A DNA stretch of 64,000 nt from Candidatus Woesebacteria bacterium (GCA_021208605.1 JAJOJK010000018.1:4780-68779), one strand, 5' to 3'. Positions 50,391 to 61,702 are shown, numbered from the stretch's first letter. Numbers and translations are program-made. Notes: generated by a model not told the origin, from the letters alone.

Positions 50391-53300
50391 ATGGCCATTG
50401 ACTCAACTATACGTATTGAAAGCGTCCAGGAACTCAAGGATCGCTTACGCAGTGCTGGCGTACTTACCAACTGGAAACGCTTTAGCGATTTCTTGGAAGA
50501 ATTTGTTGGCGAAATTGAGAAGGCCGGAGAAAATCCTGAATTCGTCGCCACGATAAGCAGTGAAAAATTCCCCATTGACCTCGCAACACTGAAGTTTCTC
50601 TACGCGTACTTAGGTTCTGGGGACCACTTCGTCCGCGACTTTGCTGAAGAATCCGCTCTCGCCAAAATTCTGGAAATCATCACTGACACCAAACAAAAAT
50701 ATGGCAGTGCACTTGAAGGACTTAGCTCTAACGATACAGTGTCCCGACAGCGCCAAACAGCACTTACCTTCTTCCAACAACTTACCTACGATCTCGAACC
50801 AAGTAATCTCCAAGGAGAGACTGAATCCGAAGGCACTTTTCTTGCCGAAGCGCTACCGGCGGTTTTTGCAGACGATCAAATTCTTCTCAAGGCTGATAAT
50901 CCCAGCCAGGTCAACGCGCTCAAACAGCAAATTGAAGAACAATTCAACGAACTCCGTCAGCTTATCAAGAAGTATGACAGACCAGAAACAATCGAGCTTG
51001 AAACACAAGTAACAACGGCTCTCTCTGCGGCAAGGGCGCAAGCGCAGGCGAATGATGACGAAACGGCTCAACGCCAACTTACTCAAGCCAGTGAAATCCA
51101 GGAAACAGCGCAAAGCCAGCTCCGTGAATCACTCGAGGAGCGCCGAAAAGAACAACTCGACAAGATACGAAATTCGCAAGCTCTCCTTTTCTCTTTGGTT
51201 GAGAAATACTCAGAAGACACTTCATTTGATGAACTGTTCCTTTCTACACTTATTCAATATATTCGGGTCGATCGAATCGATTTTCAAGTCGTGCTCAGCT
51301 TTACCGCTTTCCTTGGATACTTGCGCGACCTCTTCGAGACACTTTTAGCCAACACCCGCGATTTTGTCGAGAAAAAAACGGAAGCATACAAAAAAGAACA
51401 AGCTTCCGCCAAAAAAACTCTTAATCGAGAACTAGCGGCGCTCTTCGACGTTGAACTTCCGCGAGAAGACGATGCCGGCGGTGGCGCGGATGAGGAGCAA
51501 GAAGAGGACGAGTCCACCCTCCTGACAGTCGAAGAATTCCGCACGCGACTCACCGAAGCAGAAGCTTCACTCAACTCGCTGCCGTTAGCAAACGTTGACG
51601 ATCTCAAAGCGGCCCTAGAACTCGAGAGCATTCAGACTGATAAACAAATACACGTTGTCATCGATTCTCTCTTCCAACAAGCCGACACGTTCTCCGACGC
51701 ACAAAGAGCAGCCATCTTACAAAAGCTCACCGCGTATATTGCACGGCTAAAAGCTGATCAAGAAGTTGATGAAGATAAACCAACGGACCGTCCCGAGGCT
51801 CAACCAGACTCCGTTCCCACTGTCACACCAGCTGCAGCCGAAACTGGCACCCAAGAAGAGCAAATCTCCAAACTGCGCCAAGGATCAGAACTCGCCCGCT
51901 TAAATGCATTGTTAGTTGCGCAAGCTGAGGGACAACTGTTTGTTCGCCTCAAGGAACTCGGCTATTCAGAAGAAAAAGCCGAAGAACTTATCGCCGCGTA
52001 TCATGGCGACCTCACTAACCTGATTTGGGCTGAACTCTTAGGCGCCGGCGGATACGCCATGCTCAAGGGTCAACAGACACAGTCACTTGGCGCGGTGGAA
52101 CTGACCCAGATCTGGCCAACGCCACCCAAATTGTTGGTAATGAAATTTTGGTTGCCAATGGCGGAACGTTACCCACCAATTATGGTGGCAATTATGCCTC
52201 GCCAGAACAAATAGCATCGCTCACCGAGAAGACACAATTGGCTGTCGCGCAGGCTGGTTTTGTTGATCCTGACGGGTCCTTGACTTCCCTCACTTCGGCA
52301 CTGGCATTTTTCCAGTCACCAGAGGGATTGCAGCAAATTTTGCAGCTTTCACAAAATGCTGATGTCTTGAATGCTATTCAAAGACAAAGCGGTATTTCCA
52401 GCGATCTTCTCGAGTTGCTGGGTTCGCTTGAGTCCCCAGAAGACATTGATCGGCTGCTACGCTTTGATCCGGAGGCACTGAAAAGCTTATCTCGTGCGGA
52501 GCGCAATGGCGTCAACCAAAAACTGCACCGCTTCATGGATTTGCATACACAAATTCAACAAGTGGGCTTTCTCCCACCTGCTGAACTTGAAGAATACAAT
52601 GCACTCGCCCGCGAAATCGAACCCATTTTCAATATTCTCAATGAGTATGGTGATGATCTGTATCTCTTACTGTACGCGCAACAAGACTTGGCTGACTTAA
52701 GCCAATTCATTCAGCGCGCCGCTCAAACGGAGGCCGCCGTTCAACAACGACTTCCTCAATTTGTGCAACGCGATGTGCAGTACACATCTCGTTTTGCCCA
52801 ATACGCCGTGGTGACAACGACGGTTACTACAACCGTTACCACGACCACCACGGAAATAAGCGAACAAGATCCTTCCTACCTACTCGGCGAAGCCAAAAAT
52901 GATCTGGCGCTCAAGCGCATGATCGCTCTCAGCATGGCCGCGACTCCAGAAGAACAAATGGAGCTGGAACTCCTGCTGCGCCATCCCGAAATGGCTGGTA
53001 TCCAACAAGCGACAGCAGCCGAAGGTGTACCGGCGCTCAATGCGCAAAACCTCTCTCAACAACTCGCTGCCCTGCAACAGAAAAACAGCGGCCTCAACCA
53101 AAAAATCGAAAAGGCCAAAGCCCTGCAAGCGGGCATGAAGGCCCTTATTGCCTCCAAAGGAAATCCTTACTTACTCGCTGCCAACCTGCTTAAAAGCAAA
53201 GAAGGCCGCAAACTCATCATGAAGGCACTTGGGGGCGCTGCCGCTGGCGCTACGGCCACGGTAGCAATTATTTTGGCGCCTCTGATTCAGTTCTATAACG

Positions 53301-54271
53301 CAGTTATTGTGCCAGTCATGAACTTTGTGTCTGGTGTGGTGAGTGGTATTACGGGATTCTTTGGCGGGTTGTTTGGAGGCGGCGGCGCAGCCGCCGCGGG
53401 CAGCGGTATTTCTGGTTCTCTGGGAGCCGGAACGGCGCAAGCCATGACTAACGCGGCCTCAACCGCCAAACTCGCCTCCACGCAAGCAACGGCTCTGGCT
53501 CGGGGAGAAGCGGTAAAGGCCATGACGACCCTGGAAGCACAGGCTAATGCCATTATGTCTGGCACGGTAGTTGCCGAGACAGCAACTGCGGTCATTGCCG
53601 TTGGAGTCATCGGGCCGTTTCTGCTAATCGGAGTTTTGACCTTGATCGTGATCACGGTTATCGGCGCGTCGGTAAACGATATTCCCATGTCTGGTGTGCA
53701 ACGGAGTATTAGTAGCGGTGGACTGGGCGTGGCGGGATGTTGGCCAACGAACGGAAGTATTACTGCTCTTGAAACATACCCAGACGGGCGTCCACACGTA
53801 CGAAGAGATAGTCCAGGAGCTTCTGCCATAGATATAGGTGGAACAACTGGGAATCCTATCTACACCCCGTTTTCTGGTGTAGCTCTCTCTAAATGGGATG
53901 ACGAATACGGAAACATGGTAAGAATCGAAACTGACTATGGATTCACCGTGATTCTTGCTCACATGCTCGAAGCCTGTATTCCATCACAAACAGGTGGTTG
54001 TTTAGCCCCTGATCAGAGTGGACCAGTTACTGCAGGACAACAAGTTGGTTTGCTCGGAAGTACCGGAAATTCGTCAGGACCGCACTTACACTATGAAGTG
54101 TTTAATGTTCCCAGCTCACTCACTACCCGTGATTATGCTATCGCTGATTTAGTGCCGCCAGTTCCTCCTCTTGCAGTCAACGCCGTTGTCTCCACCAGTC
54201 AATGTTCAGTAGGTGGTAACCCGTACAACCCCTCTGCTACTGAGTCTGGTCGAACCAATGATGCACTGTAA
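50391..54271 (+). CDS. Large helical membrane protein with C-terminal M23 peptidase (two ORFs joined by a -1 frameshift near 52090)
   Basis: One extra G gives SLGGGGTDPDL..; Gly/Ala hydrophobic segment, TM, H..AIDIG, YGN.V, AHM, GSTGNSSGPHLHYE. Confidence 0.75.
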
Positions 54272-54327
54272 AAAAAACATGCAGTACTGCTGACTATGGC
54301 TTACAATGAAACAGGAAGAATAAAAAA

Positions 54328-55371
54328 ATGCCATCGCGAACCAATCAAAAAACACCATCTAGTGCTCTAGGAAATCTCCAAGAAATCTTAGGCATTGGTC
54401 GCCGAGAACAAATTGTTCTTCTTGGCGTTTTAGCGCTCATTATAACCACTGGTATACTCATCTTTTTCCGTCCACGGACTGCATCACAGCCATCTGGAGT
54501 TACTTTCTCAACCTATGAACAGCATGAAGGTAGCATATCTGTTACTTTTACTGGCTCAACCGACGTAACAAAAAATCGATTAGCACTGCAATATATCACC
54601 GACGCCATCGATCAAGAAACACTCCTGCGTACTTTTGCCGGACGACTTGATATGCAAGCACTTCCCAGTTCTCTCACTGGCAACACCTATATCTCTGCCG
54701 ACGGTGTCACGACACTCACCATGGCAAACGGTGATCAAGGCATTATCTATATTAAAAACGGGGCTCTTTCAGAACCACTTACTCCGGTCTCTCTTGAGTT
54801 TGCACAAGAAAGTGCAGAAGAATTTTTAAGCTCTCTAGGATACACGGTAGAAGAACTCAATCTTATCGAAAATGAAACCCAATTCCTTGGCACACAAGTA
54901 GAAGGAAGTGAAGGGTTTCCGCAAGTTCCTGCAGCAGAAGCCAGAATCATCCAACTCTTTTACGAAAAACAACTCAATACTGTTCCAATTGCCTACTCTG
55001 CCAGTGCAGTAGAGAAAATCGCGATCGAAATAACTGCTGATGGTGTCTTCCGCGCAAATCTCCCTAACGTCTTCATCTCCACCGAACCAGGCCGTGAATA
55101 TACCGTCATCTCGGTAGAAAAAGCGCTGGAAAATATAGAAAGTGGTCAATTCTCTATCATTGGTACACCTGGCCGTGTGGAGAAAAGTGATCGCTTTGTC
55201 CGCCTCGATTTAGTGGAACAATCTCTCCAGTATCGCTACGATACTTCTCAAGGGATTCTTTTCCCCATGTTCCGATTCGAAGGAACCGCCATGACAGAAA
55301 GTGGTGAACTCTTTGAGATGGTGGTCGTCACCGAGGCCATAGAAGTGCGCAGTGAAGACATCGAGCAATAA
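54328..55371 (+). CDS. Membrane-anchored extracellular hypothetical protein
   Basis: 347 aa with a single N-terminal TM; within the T4SS-like operon. Confidence 0.75.
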   Translation: MPSRTNQKTPSSALGNLQEILGIGRREQIVLLGVLALIITTGILIFFRPRTASQPSGVTFSTYEQHEGSISVTFTGSTDVTKNRLALQYITDAIDQETLLRTFAGRLDMQALPSSLTGNTYISADGVTTLTMANGDQGIIYIKNGALSEPLTPVSLEFAQESAEEFLSSLGYTVEELNLIENETQFLGTQVEGSEGFPQVPAAEARIIQLFYEKQLNTVPIAYSASAVEKIAIEITADGVFRANLPNVFISTEPGREYTVISVEKALENIESGQFSIIGTPGRVEKSDRFVRLDLVEQSLQYRYDTSQGILFPMFRFEGTAMTESGELFEMVVVTEAIEVRSEDIEQ

Positions 55372-55421
55372 TGATAGAGTAGATATACGCTACAAAACAC
55401 GGCGCCACCGCACCTATCAAC

Positions 55422-56696
55422 ATGATCGAACACCCAGTTCCACAGAACATCACTGAGTATCAGTTCCATCTGATCGGCAACATGACGATCAAGCAGTTTA
55501 TTATTCTGCTGGTTGGTGTGGTGTTGGCGTTCATGTTTTACAGCACCAACTTACCCGGAATTATTAAGTGGCCGTTTATGCTGGTTATCGTGGGAGGCTC
55601 TGGTGCACTGGCTTTTGTACCGTATGAAGAGCGCACACTCGATCAGTGGCTGGTGAATTTTATTCGCGCTATCTACCGTCCCACCAAATACTACTGGCAA
55701 CGCACAGCGCCAACTCCTGGGTACTTCACGCATGAAGTCACCCAAAGCCAAGCGCTGAGCACTGGCCAAGAACGCTCGACGCTCCCACAGCGCCAGAAAC
55801 AATTCTCGGCGTATATGTCCTCATTGCAAACCCAGTCTCAAGGCCCGGTATCGCAGGATCCTTTGGATCTTTTTCAAGGAGCTACTGGCGATCTCAGCTC
55901 ACTGTTTGACTCGGTAGAAGCGGCCGAAAACGTTGTCCCTGGAGAAACCATGGCCATGGAAAAACCGAACTTGCAGGTTCGTGCCCGCCCACTAGGCAGC
56001 GGACAGAACATGGTCTTTGATACCAAAATTGACACTACTCCCGGAGACGACCTTGCGACTCCAACATCCACTCCGGCCGCCGCCACCGCCCAATGGGGGA
56101 ACTCGTATGGCGGAAACGACACTTATAGCACCTTCACCATAGACTCCGTACAAGAATCAAAACACTCTCAACAGGAAGATGCCACGCCATCAGCACCTCG
56201 CGGGCAAGCCGCCACAACAGATGTCCAGACTATCTCGGTGCCCAGATCGGCACCCACCAAGACAGAAGTCACCCAGCCTGAAACGAGCGCTGCGCAGTCT
56301 GCAACCAAGACCGACAACGAACCCACTGGAAACGCCTACGTAACCGAGAGCTCTGTGCAGCGCGCGCCGCAGCACGCTGCGGCGCCCATCCCCGTCCCCT
56401 TCAACAAAGATCTGCCGTTCCCGTCTTTGCCGGATAAGCCGAACTTGCTTTTGGGAATGGTCCACGATCAGCAGAAAAATATTATTCCGGGCGCTATCGT
56501 CGAGATTTTGGATGAAAATGGCAACACGGTCCGCGCCATGAAAACCAACAATCTTGGTCAATTCTATATTTCTACTCCCCTGCAAACAGGAAAATACACG
56601 ATCGAAACCGAAGCCAATGGGCATGAATTTCCGGTCTTTGCTCTCGAAGTAGACGGTTCCGTGCTCGATCCGGTGGACATTCTTGCTCAAACCTAA
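55422..56696 (+). CDS. PrgI-family (VirB3-like) protein with C-terminal carboxypeptidase-regulatory-like domain
   Basis: HPVPQNITEYQFHLIGNMTIKQF, two TMs, R.LDQW; C terminus IPGAIVEI..TNNLGQF. Confidence 0.85.
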   Translation: MIEHPVPQNITEYQFHLIGNMTIKQFIILLVGVVLAFMFYSTNLPGIIKWPFMLVIVGGSGALAFVPYEERTLDQWLVNFIRAIYRPTKYYWQRTAPTPGYFTHEVTQSQALSTGQERSTLPQRQKQFSAYMSSLQTQSQGPVSQDPLDLFQGATGDLSSLFDSVEAAENVVPGETMAMEKPNLQVRARPLGSGQNMVFDTKIDTTPGDDLATPTSTPAAATAQWGNSYGGNDTYSTFTIDSVQESKHSQQEDATPSAPRGQAATTDVQTISVPRSAPTKTEVTQPETSAAQSATKTDNEPTGNAYVTESSVQRAPQHAAAPIPVPFNKDLPFPSLPDKPNLLLGMVHDQQKNIIPGAIVEILDENGNTVRAMKTNNLGQFYISTPLQTGKYTIETEANGHEFPVFALEVDGSVLDPVDILAQT

Positions 56697-56748
56697 AAAA
56701 GTGTTCAACTCGTGACGAATCCCGACAAAACTCGTATACTGGAAACGC

Positions 56749-57681
56749 ATGCCTAACTCCCAAGGACAGCTCTCATCAACTTCTCAAAAATATCTTGAGA
56801 TTCTGGATATCACCAACGACCTACTGGTCATGAAAGATGGCTCGACGGCTGTCGTCCTTGAAGTTAGCGCCATCAACTTCGGCCTTTTGTCCGAGCCAGA
56901 ACAAGACGCCATTATTTATGCGTATGCGGCTCTCATAAACTCGCTCTCGTTCCCAATTCAGATTGCCATTATTTCTCGTCCCAAAGATGTCAGTAACTAC
57001 TTGGAATATGTTGACGAACAATTCCAAACTGCCACGTCGGACCTTCGTCGTCAACAAATCGCCAGCTACCGCCAGTTTGTTTCCAATTTAATTACAGAGC
57101 AAAACGTCTTGGATAAAAACTTTTATGTCATTTTGCCACTTTCGGCTATTGAACTTGGTATTGCTGACTCAGTGAATCCCATGAAACAAGTCATGCCGAG
57201 CGATAAACCAGCTGAGTTTGACAAAAATTCGGTCATCCAACGCTCGGTCAACACACTGGGCCCGCGTCGTGATCATATGATTAGTCAGTTCAGCCGCTTT
57301 GGACTTCGCGCCGAGCAACTCCGCACCAAAGATCTGATCCAACTGTTTTACATTATGTACAACTCGCAATCAGCCGAAGGTATCAAAGTGGTGGACACCA
57401 AAGAATACACCAGCGCCGTCATTCAGCCGCGCGGAAATTTCCAGGTTCCTACCGCAGCACCAGAGGTCGCAACCGCACCACCAACGCAGACCACCCCGGC
57501 AGCCCCAGAGCCAACACCTCCTGCGGCAAGTGCTCCACAAGCTGTCCCCGTAGAAATTCCTTCTGAAGACACCACATCAGAAGTGTCTTCCCTCGAAAAC
57601 GCCATGTCCTCCATTCCCCGCGAAGGTGTCGGCCTGAACGTGGACGCTACCAACACCGACGACAACCAACCACCACGATAA
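56749..57681 (+). CDS. T4SS-associated protein resembling the VirB4/TraC N-terminal region
   Basis: VSAINFGLLSEPEQDAII..Y..LINSLSFPIQI; lies between prgI and virB4. Confidence 0.75.
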   Translation: MPNSQGQLSSTSQKYLEILDITNDLLVMKDGSTAVVLEVSAINFGLLSEPEQDAIIYAYAALINSLSFPIQIAIISRPKDVSNYLEYVDEQFQTATSDLRRQQIASYRQFVSNLITEQNVLDKNFYVILPLSAIELGIADSVNPMKQVMPSDKPAEFDKNSVIQRSVNTLGPRRDHMISQFSRFGLRAEQLRTKDLIQLFYIMYNSQSAEGIKVVDTKEYTSAVIQPRGNFQVPTAAPEVATAPPTQTTPAAPEPTPPAASAPQAVPVEIPSEDTTSEVSSLENAMSSIPREGVGLNVDATNTDDNQPPR

Positions 57682-57687
57682 GGAACT

Positions 57688-60162
57688 ATGGCGAGCTTTT
57701 TAGAACGCATCGGACTGAAAAAACCATCTTCCACTCAGGGAGACGACGCGCAGACGCAAAAAAAGCAGCAACTCAATGCGCAAATGCAGCAATTTTCGCA
57801 AGGTCTGGTGAGCATTCAAGATATTATTGCTCCAGAGGCGATTGAGGTCGACTTCACCTACCAAAAAATCAATGACACGTTCACTCGCACCCTGTTTATC
57901 GCTGGTTATCCTCGCATGGTGCCAGCCAACTGGCTCTCACCATTAATTAACTTCCCGTACTCTCTGGACGTCTCGATGCACATCACCCCAGTCGACGTCA
58001 AAGAGATTCTGCACGACTTGCGTCGAAAAATTACTGAAATGGAAGCGGAAATTTCTTCTGATATCCGTTCCGGGAAAATCAGTAATATCGACACCGAGAT
58101 CAAACTCGAAGACGCCAAAGCCATTCAGGAACAACTCGCCAAGGGCGCCGAGAGGTTTTATCAGTTTGGTTTGTACGTCACGATTAACTCGCCGAATGTA
58201 GAAGAACTGGATAACGTCACGAAACAGTTACAGTCACTGCTTGGCTCGATGCTGTTAATCTCCAAAAAATCTTCGCTGCAAATGGACGAGGGTTATAAAA
58301 CTACATTGCCGATGGGTCAGGATAAACTCAAGATTCTGCGCAATATGGACACCACTTCTCTGGCCACTACTTTTCCGTTCACTTCGTCTGAGCTCACCAT
58401 GGACAAAGGTATCGTCTACGGCCTGAACGAGCACAACGGCTCGCTGATTATTTTCGACCGCTTCCAGATGGAAAACGCCAACATGGTGGTGTTCGCGAAA
58501 TCCGGTGCTGGTAAATCCTACGCCGTGAAACTCGAAGCCCTGCGCCACATGATGTTCGGCGCCGAAGTCTTGATTCTTGACCCGGAAAAAGAGTATGAGG
58601 ACATGGCGGCATCTGTTGGTGGCGAGTACATTAACTTTGCCTTTGGCTCCAACACCAAAATCAATCCGTTTGATTTGTCCCAAGTCTACGAAGAAGGTGA
58701 AAACGAACTCGGCCAAAAAATTATTTCGCTCCACGCGCTTCTCAAAGTGATGCTCGGAGAAATGAACGCTTCTCAAGAAGCCATGCTCGACCGCGCGCTC
58801 GTGGCTACTTACAAAGCCAAGGGCATTACGCCTGATCCGTCCACGCAAAACAAAGAACCGCCGCTCATGGAAGACCTCTACAAAGCCCTGATCGGTATGG
58901 AAAACGACGACGCCTACGACATTGCCATGCGTCTGGAAAAATACATTAAGGGTTCTTTCCGCGGCATTTTCGACCAACACACCAACATCGACATCCGCAA
59001 CCAGATGACGGTCTTCTCAGTTCGCGACATCGAAGACGAACTCCGTCCGGTAGCCATGTTCATGATTCTCGACTTTATCTGGACGCGTATCCGCAAAGAG
59101 CGCAAAAAGCGCGTTTTGGTTGTTGATGAGGCCTGGTACTTCATGAAGCACCAAGACACTGCTTCCTTCATGCACTCGATCGCCAAACGTGCCCGGAAAT
59201 ACTACCTCGGCGTCACCACCATCACGCAGGACGTGGAAGACTTCATGCACAGCGACTACGGCAAAGCGATTGTGACTAACGCCTCCATGCAGCTATTGCT
59301 GAAACAATCTTCGGCCGCTATTCCCGTGTTGGCCGACACCTTCTATTTGTCGGAAGGTGAGCAGCGTCTACTCATGGCCGCCGACGTCGGTGAGGGTCTC
59401 TTCTTTGCTGGTCAAAATCATGTGGCCATGCGTATTATGGCCTCTCCAGAGGAGCACGTGGTGATCACCACCAACCCACAAGAGTTAGAACAAATTAACA
59501 AAGCCAAACAGCAGCAGCAACAGCAAATTCAACAAACCACGCAGGCTTTGAAGCAGCAGAATCTGCCGCAAGATAATTACCAGGAAGAAATTCCCGACCA
59601 AACGCAAACCGCCTTTGCCGGCCAACCAGGCCAATACGCCGACCCGAACCAGGGCATGCCGCAAAACCAAGGACAAGCGCAGATGAATCCCCAGATGAAC
59701 CCGCAAATGGGGCAACCGATGAATCAGATGGGGCAAATGCAGCCTGGTCAGATGCAGCCTGGTCAGATGGACCAAATGGGACAACCAATGGCGCAACAAA
59801 TCGGTCAACAGCAATACATGGCAAACGGACAAATGATGCCGGGACAGATGCCGCAGCAGCCCCTGCCAGGTCAATATGGTGATCCGAATCAGATGGCTCA
59901 GGGGCAAGCGCCGCAAATGGCACAAATGCCAGCAAATCAGCCAGCACCGGGTCAGTATCCGCAACAACAGCAGCCGATGATGCAGCCAGGAATGGCGCCA
60001 AATGGCAGTTATCAGCAACAATATGCCGCCCCGCCACAAGAGCAACAAGCGTATCCGTCCCAAATGCCGCCAGCAATGAACGGGCAAATGCCGCAATCCG
60101 GAATGCCAAATCAAGGGGCGCAACTTACACCAACACCGGTACCGCAGGATCAGGGACGATAA
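57688..60162 (+). CDS. virB4: VirB4-family ATPase with Q/P/M/G-rich C-terminal tail
   Basis: Walker A AKSGAGKS, LDPEKEY, INPFD, Walker B VVDEAW, KRARKY, ITQDVEDF. Confidence 0.92.
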   Translation: MASFLERIGLKKPSSTQGDDAQTQKKQQLNAQMQQFSQGLVSIQDIIAPEAIEVDFTYQKINDTFTRTLFIAGYPRMVPANWLSPLINFPYSLDVSMHITPVDVKEILHDLRRKITEMEAEISSDIRSGKISNIDTEIKLEDAKAIQEQLAKGAERFYQFGLYVTINSPNVEELDNVTKQLQSLLGSMLLISKKSSLQMDEGYKTTLPMGQDKLKILRNMDTTSLATTFPFTSSELTMDKGIVYGLNEHNGSLIIFDRFQMENANMVVFAKSGAGKSYAVKLEALRHMMFGAEVLILDPEKEYEDMAASVGGEYINFAFGSNTKINPFDLSQVYEEGENELGQKIISLHALLKVMLGEMNASQEAMLDRALVATYKAKGITPDPSTQNKEPPLMEDLYKALIGMENDDAYDIAMRLEKYIKGSFRGIFDQHTNIDIRNQMTVFSVRDIEDELRPVAMFMILDFIWTRIRKERKKRVLVVDEAWYFMKHQDTASFMHSIAKRARKYYLGVTTITQDVEDFMHSDYGKAIVTNASMQLLLKQSSAAIPVLADTFYLSEGEQRLLMAADVGEGLFFAGQNHVAMRIMASPEEHVVITTNPQELEQINKAKQQQQQQIQQTTQALKQQNLPQDNYQEEIPDQTQTAFAGQPGQYADPNQGMPQNQGQAQMNPQMNPQMGQPMNQMGQMQPGQMQPGQMDQMGQPMAQQIGQQQYMANGQMMPGQMPQQPLPGQYGDPNQMAQGQAPQMAQMPANQPAPGQYPQQQQPMMQPGMAPNGSYQQQYAAPPQEQQAYPSQMPPAMNGQMPQSGMPNQGAQLTPTPVPQDQGR

Positions 60163-60170
60163 ATCTTTTT

Positions 60171-60776
60171 GTGGAAAAAATGAGTATGGATACCGACTCG
60201 CTCTCCCGCATGCAGCAAGAAAACGAGCTGCTTATTGCCGTCAACTCGGACAATGAACCGCTCTTTCCAGTAGAGAAAATTGCCGCTCACCAAAAACCTG
60301 GTCAGTTGCATCGTGCTATCACTCTGTTTCTCTTTTCTCCGACCGGAAAAATATTAGTCACGCAACGCAGTGCCCAAAAACCGCTCTGGCCAAAGTGGTG
60401 GGACGCCGCAGCCTCTACCCACCAGTGGTGGCCGGATGAGGATGCCGTGGCATGTGCCCAGCGTCGTCTCCCTTTCGAACTCGGAATCGACGTAAGCCTG
60501 GTTGCGAATTGGCAAGAACGCTTCCACTACGAATACCACGTCACGTACGACGAAACCTGGTCAGAAAATGAAATTAATTTTATTGTTACGGCACAAATTC
60601 CAAATGAAGAGGCTTTAGAGAGCGTGGAAGCACAACTCAAGAATCGCAATACTGATGAAGTCGCCGCCTATGAATGGCTTGCTGCTGAAGACATTGCGAG
60701 AGAACTCAAATATGATCAACATCGATTTGCGCCTTGGTTTCCGTTGGCTTTTGAAAAAATTCCACTGAGGGTCTAA
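60171..60776 (+). CDS. idi: Isopentenyl-diphosphate isomerase type 1 (Nudix fold)
   Basis: K..AH..G.LHRA, QRS..K.LWP, RRL..ELG, SENE, FAPW. Confidence 0.88.
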   Translation: MEKMSMDTDSLSRMQQENELLIAVNSDNEPLFPVEKIAAHQKPGQLHRAITLFLFSPTGKILVTQRSAQKPLWPKWWDAAASTHQWWPDEDAVACAQRRLPFELGIDVSLVANWQERFHYEYHVTYDETWSENEINFIVTAQIPNEEALESVEAQLKNRNTDEVAAYEWLAAEDIARELKYDQHRFAPWFPLAFEKIPLRV

Positions 60777-60852
60777 CCCTCCGGTTTTTTTCTCCTACTT
60801 TTGTACTTGGTCCAGACAACAACGTCCCTATAAGAGAGGGTCCGACCCTCCG
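60767..60852. repeat. Pair of palindromic 17-bp direct repeats between idi and ipk
   Basis: GAGGGTCTAACCCTCCG (60767-60783) and GAGGGTCCGACCCTCCG (60836-60852). Confidence 0.7.
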
Positions 60853-60873
60853 AAACAGTGCTATACTCACCCT

Positions 60874-61683
60874 ATGCCAAAATCCGTCACGCTCATAAAA
60901 CTCGGTGGCTCCACCATTACGGATAAATCAATTCCGAACGCTGTTCGCCACGAAACGCTCAGAAGGCTGCTCTCCGAAATCCAAAGAGCCTACCAGGAAA
61001 ATCCTGGCTATTTGGTCATTGGCCATGGTTCAGGCAGCTTCGCGCATGTTCCTGCCACACGCTACCGCACAGCGGAAGGCTTTGTTGGTCCGCAGTCGCG
61101 CCTGGGTATGGCGATCACGCAAGACTCGGCGGCGCAGCTCAACCGTATCGTCGTAAAAGAAATGCTCAAACTGGATCTTCCAGCGGTCTCGTTGTATGCC
61201 TCAAACTCACTGGTAACAAAGAAAGGTCAGGCCGAAAGTTACTTTGTTGATGTCTTCAAAGAGTACTTGCGAAACGACCTTATCCCGGTTATCTCTGGTG
61301 ATGTCATCGTGGACTCGGAACAAGGCTGTTGTATCTGGTCAGCTGACACGATTTTGCCATTTTTTGCGCTCGAGTTTAAAAAGCACAACTGGCACGTCAA
61401 TAAACTCATTCACGTCACCCGTACTCCTGGTGTGTATCGCGACATTAACAACCCTGATGCCGGTATTTTTGAGCATATTACTCCTGATAACGCCACCGAA
61501 GTCCAAGCAGCTATGGGCGAAGTAAAAGGGTTCGACGTTACCGGCGGCATGTGGACGAAAATTTCCGAAAGCCTCGAATTGGCAAAAGCTGGCGTAGACT
61601 CGGTTATTTTGTCAGGCGAAAAACCTGGTGCCCTCTATGACGCGCTCACTGGAAAAGCGGAAGGCACCACGATTTCCGCCTAG
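60874..61683 (+). CDS. ipk: Isopentenyl phosphate kinase
   Basis: IKLGGSTITDK, HGSGSFAH with the IPK signature His, SGD, DVTGGM..K; mevalonate cluster context. Confidence 0.9.
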   Translation: MPKSVTLIKLGGSTITDKSIPNAVRHETLRRLLSEIQRAYQENPGYLVIGHGSGSFAHVPATRYRTAEGFVGPQSRLGMAITQDSAAQLNRIVVKEMLKLDLPAVSLYASNSLVTKKGQAESYFVDVFKEYLRNDLIPVISGDVIVDSEQGCCIWSADTILPFFALEFKKHNWHVNKLIHVTRTPGVYRDINNPDAGIFEHITPDNATEVQAAMGEVKGFDVTGGMWTKISESLELAKAGVDSVILSGEKPGALYDALTGKAEGTTISA

Positions 61684-61702
61684 GATCTGGTATTCTTAAA
61701 TC

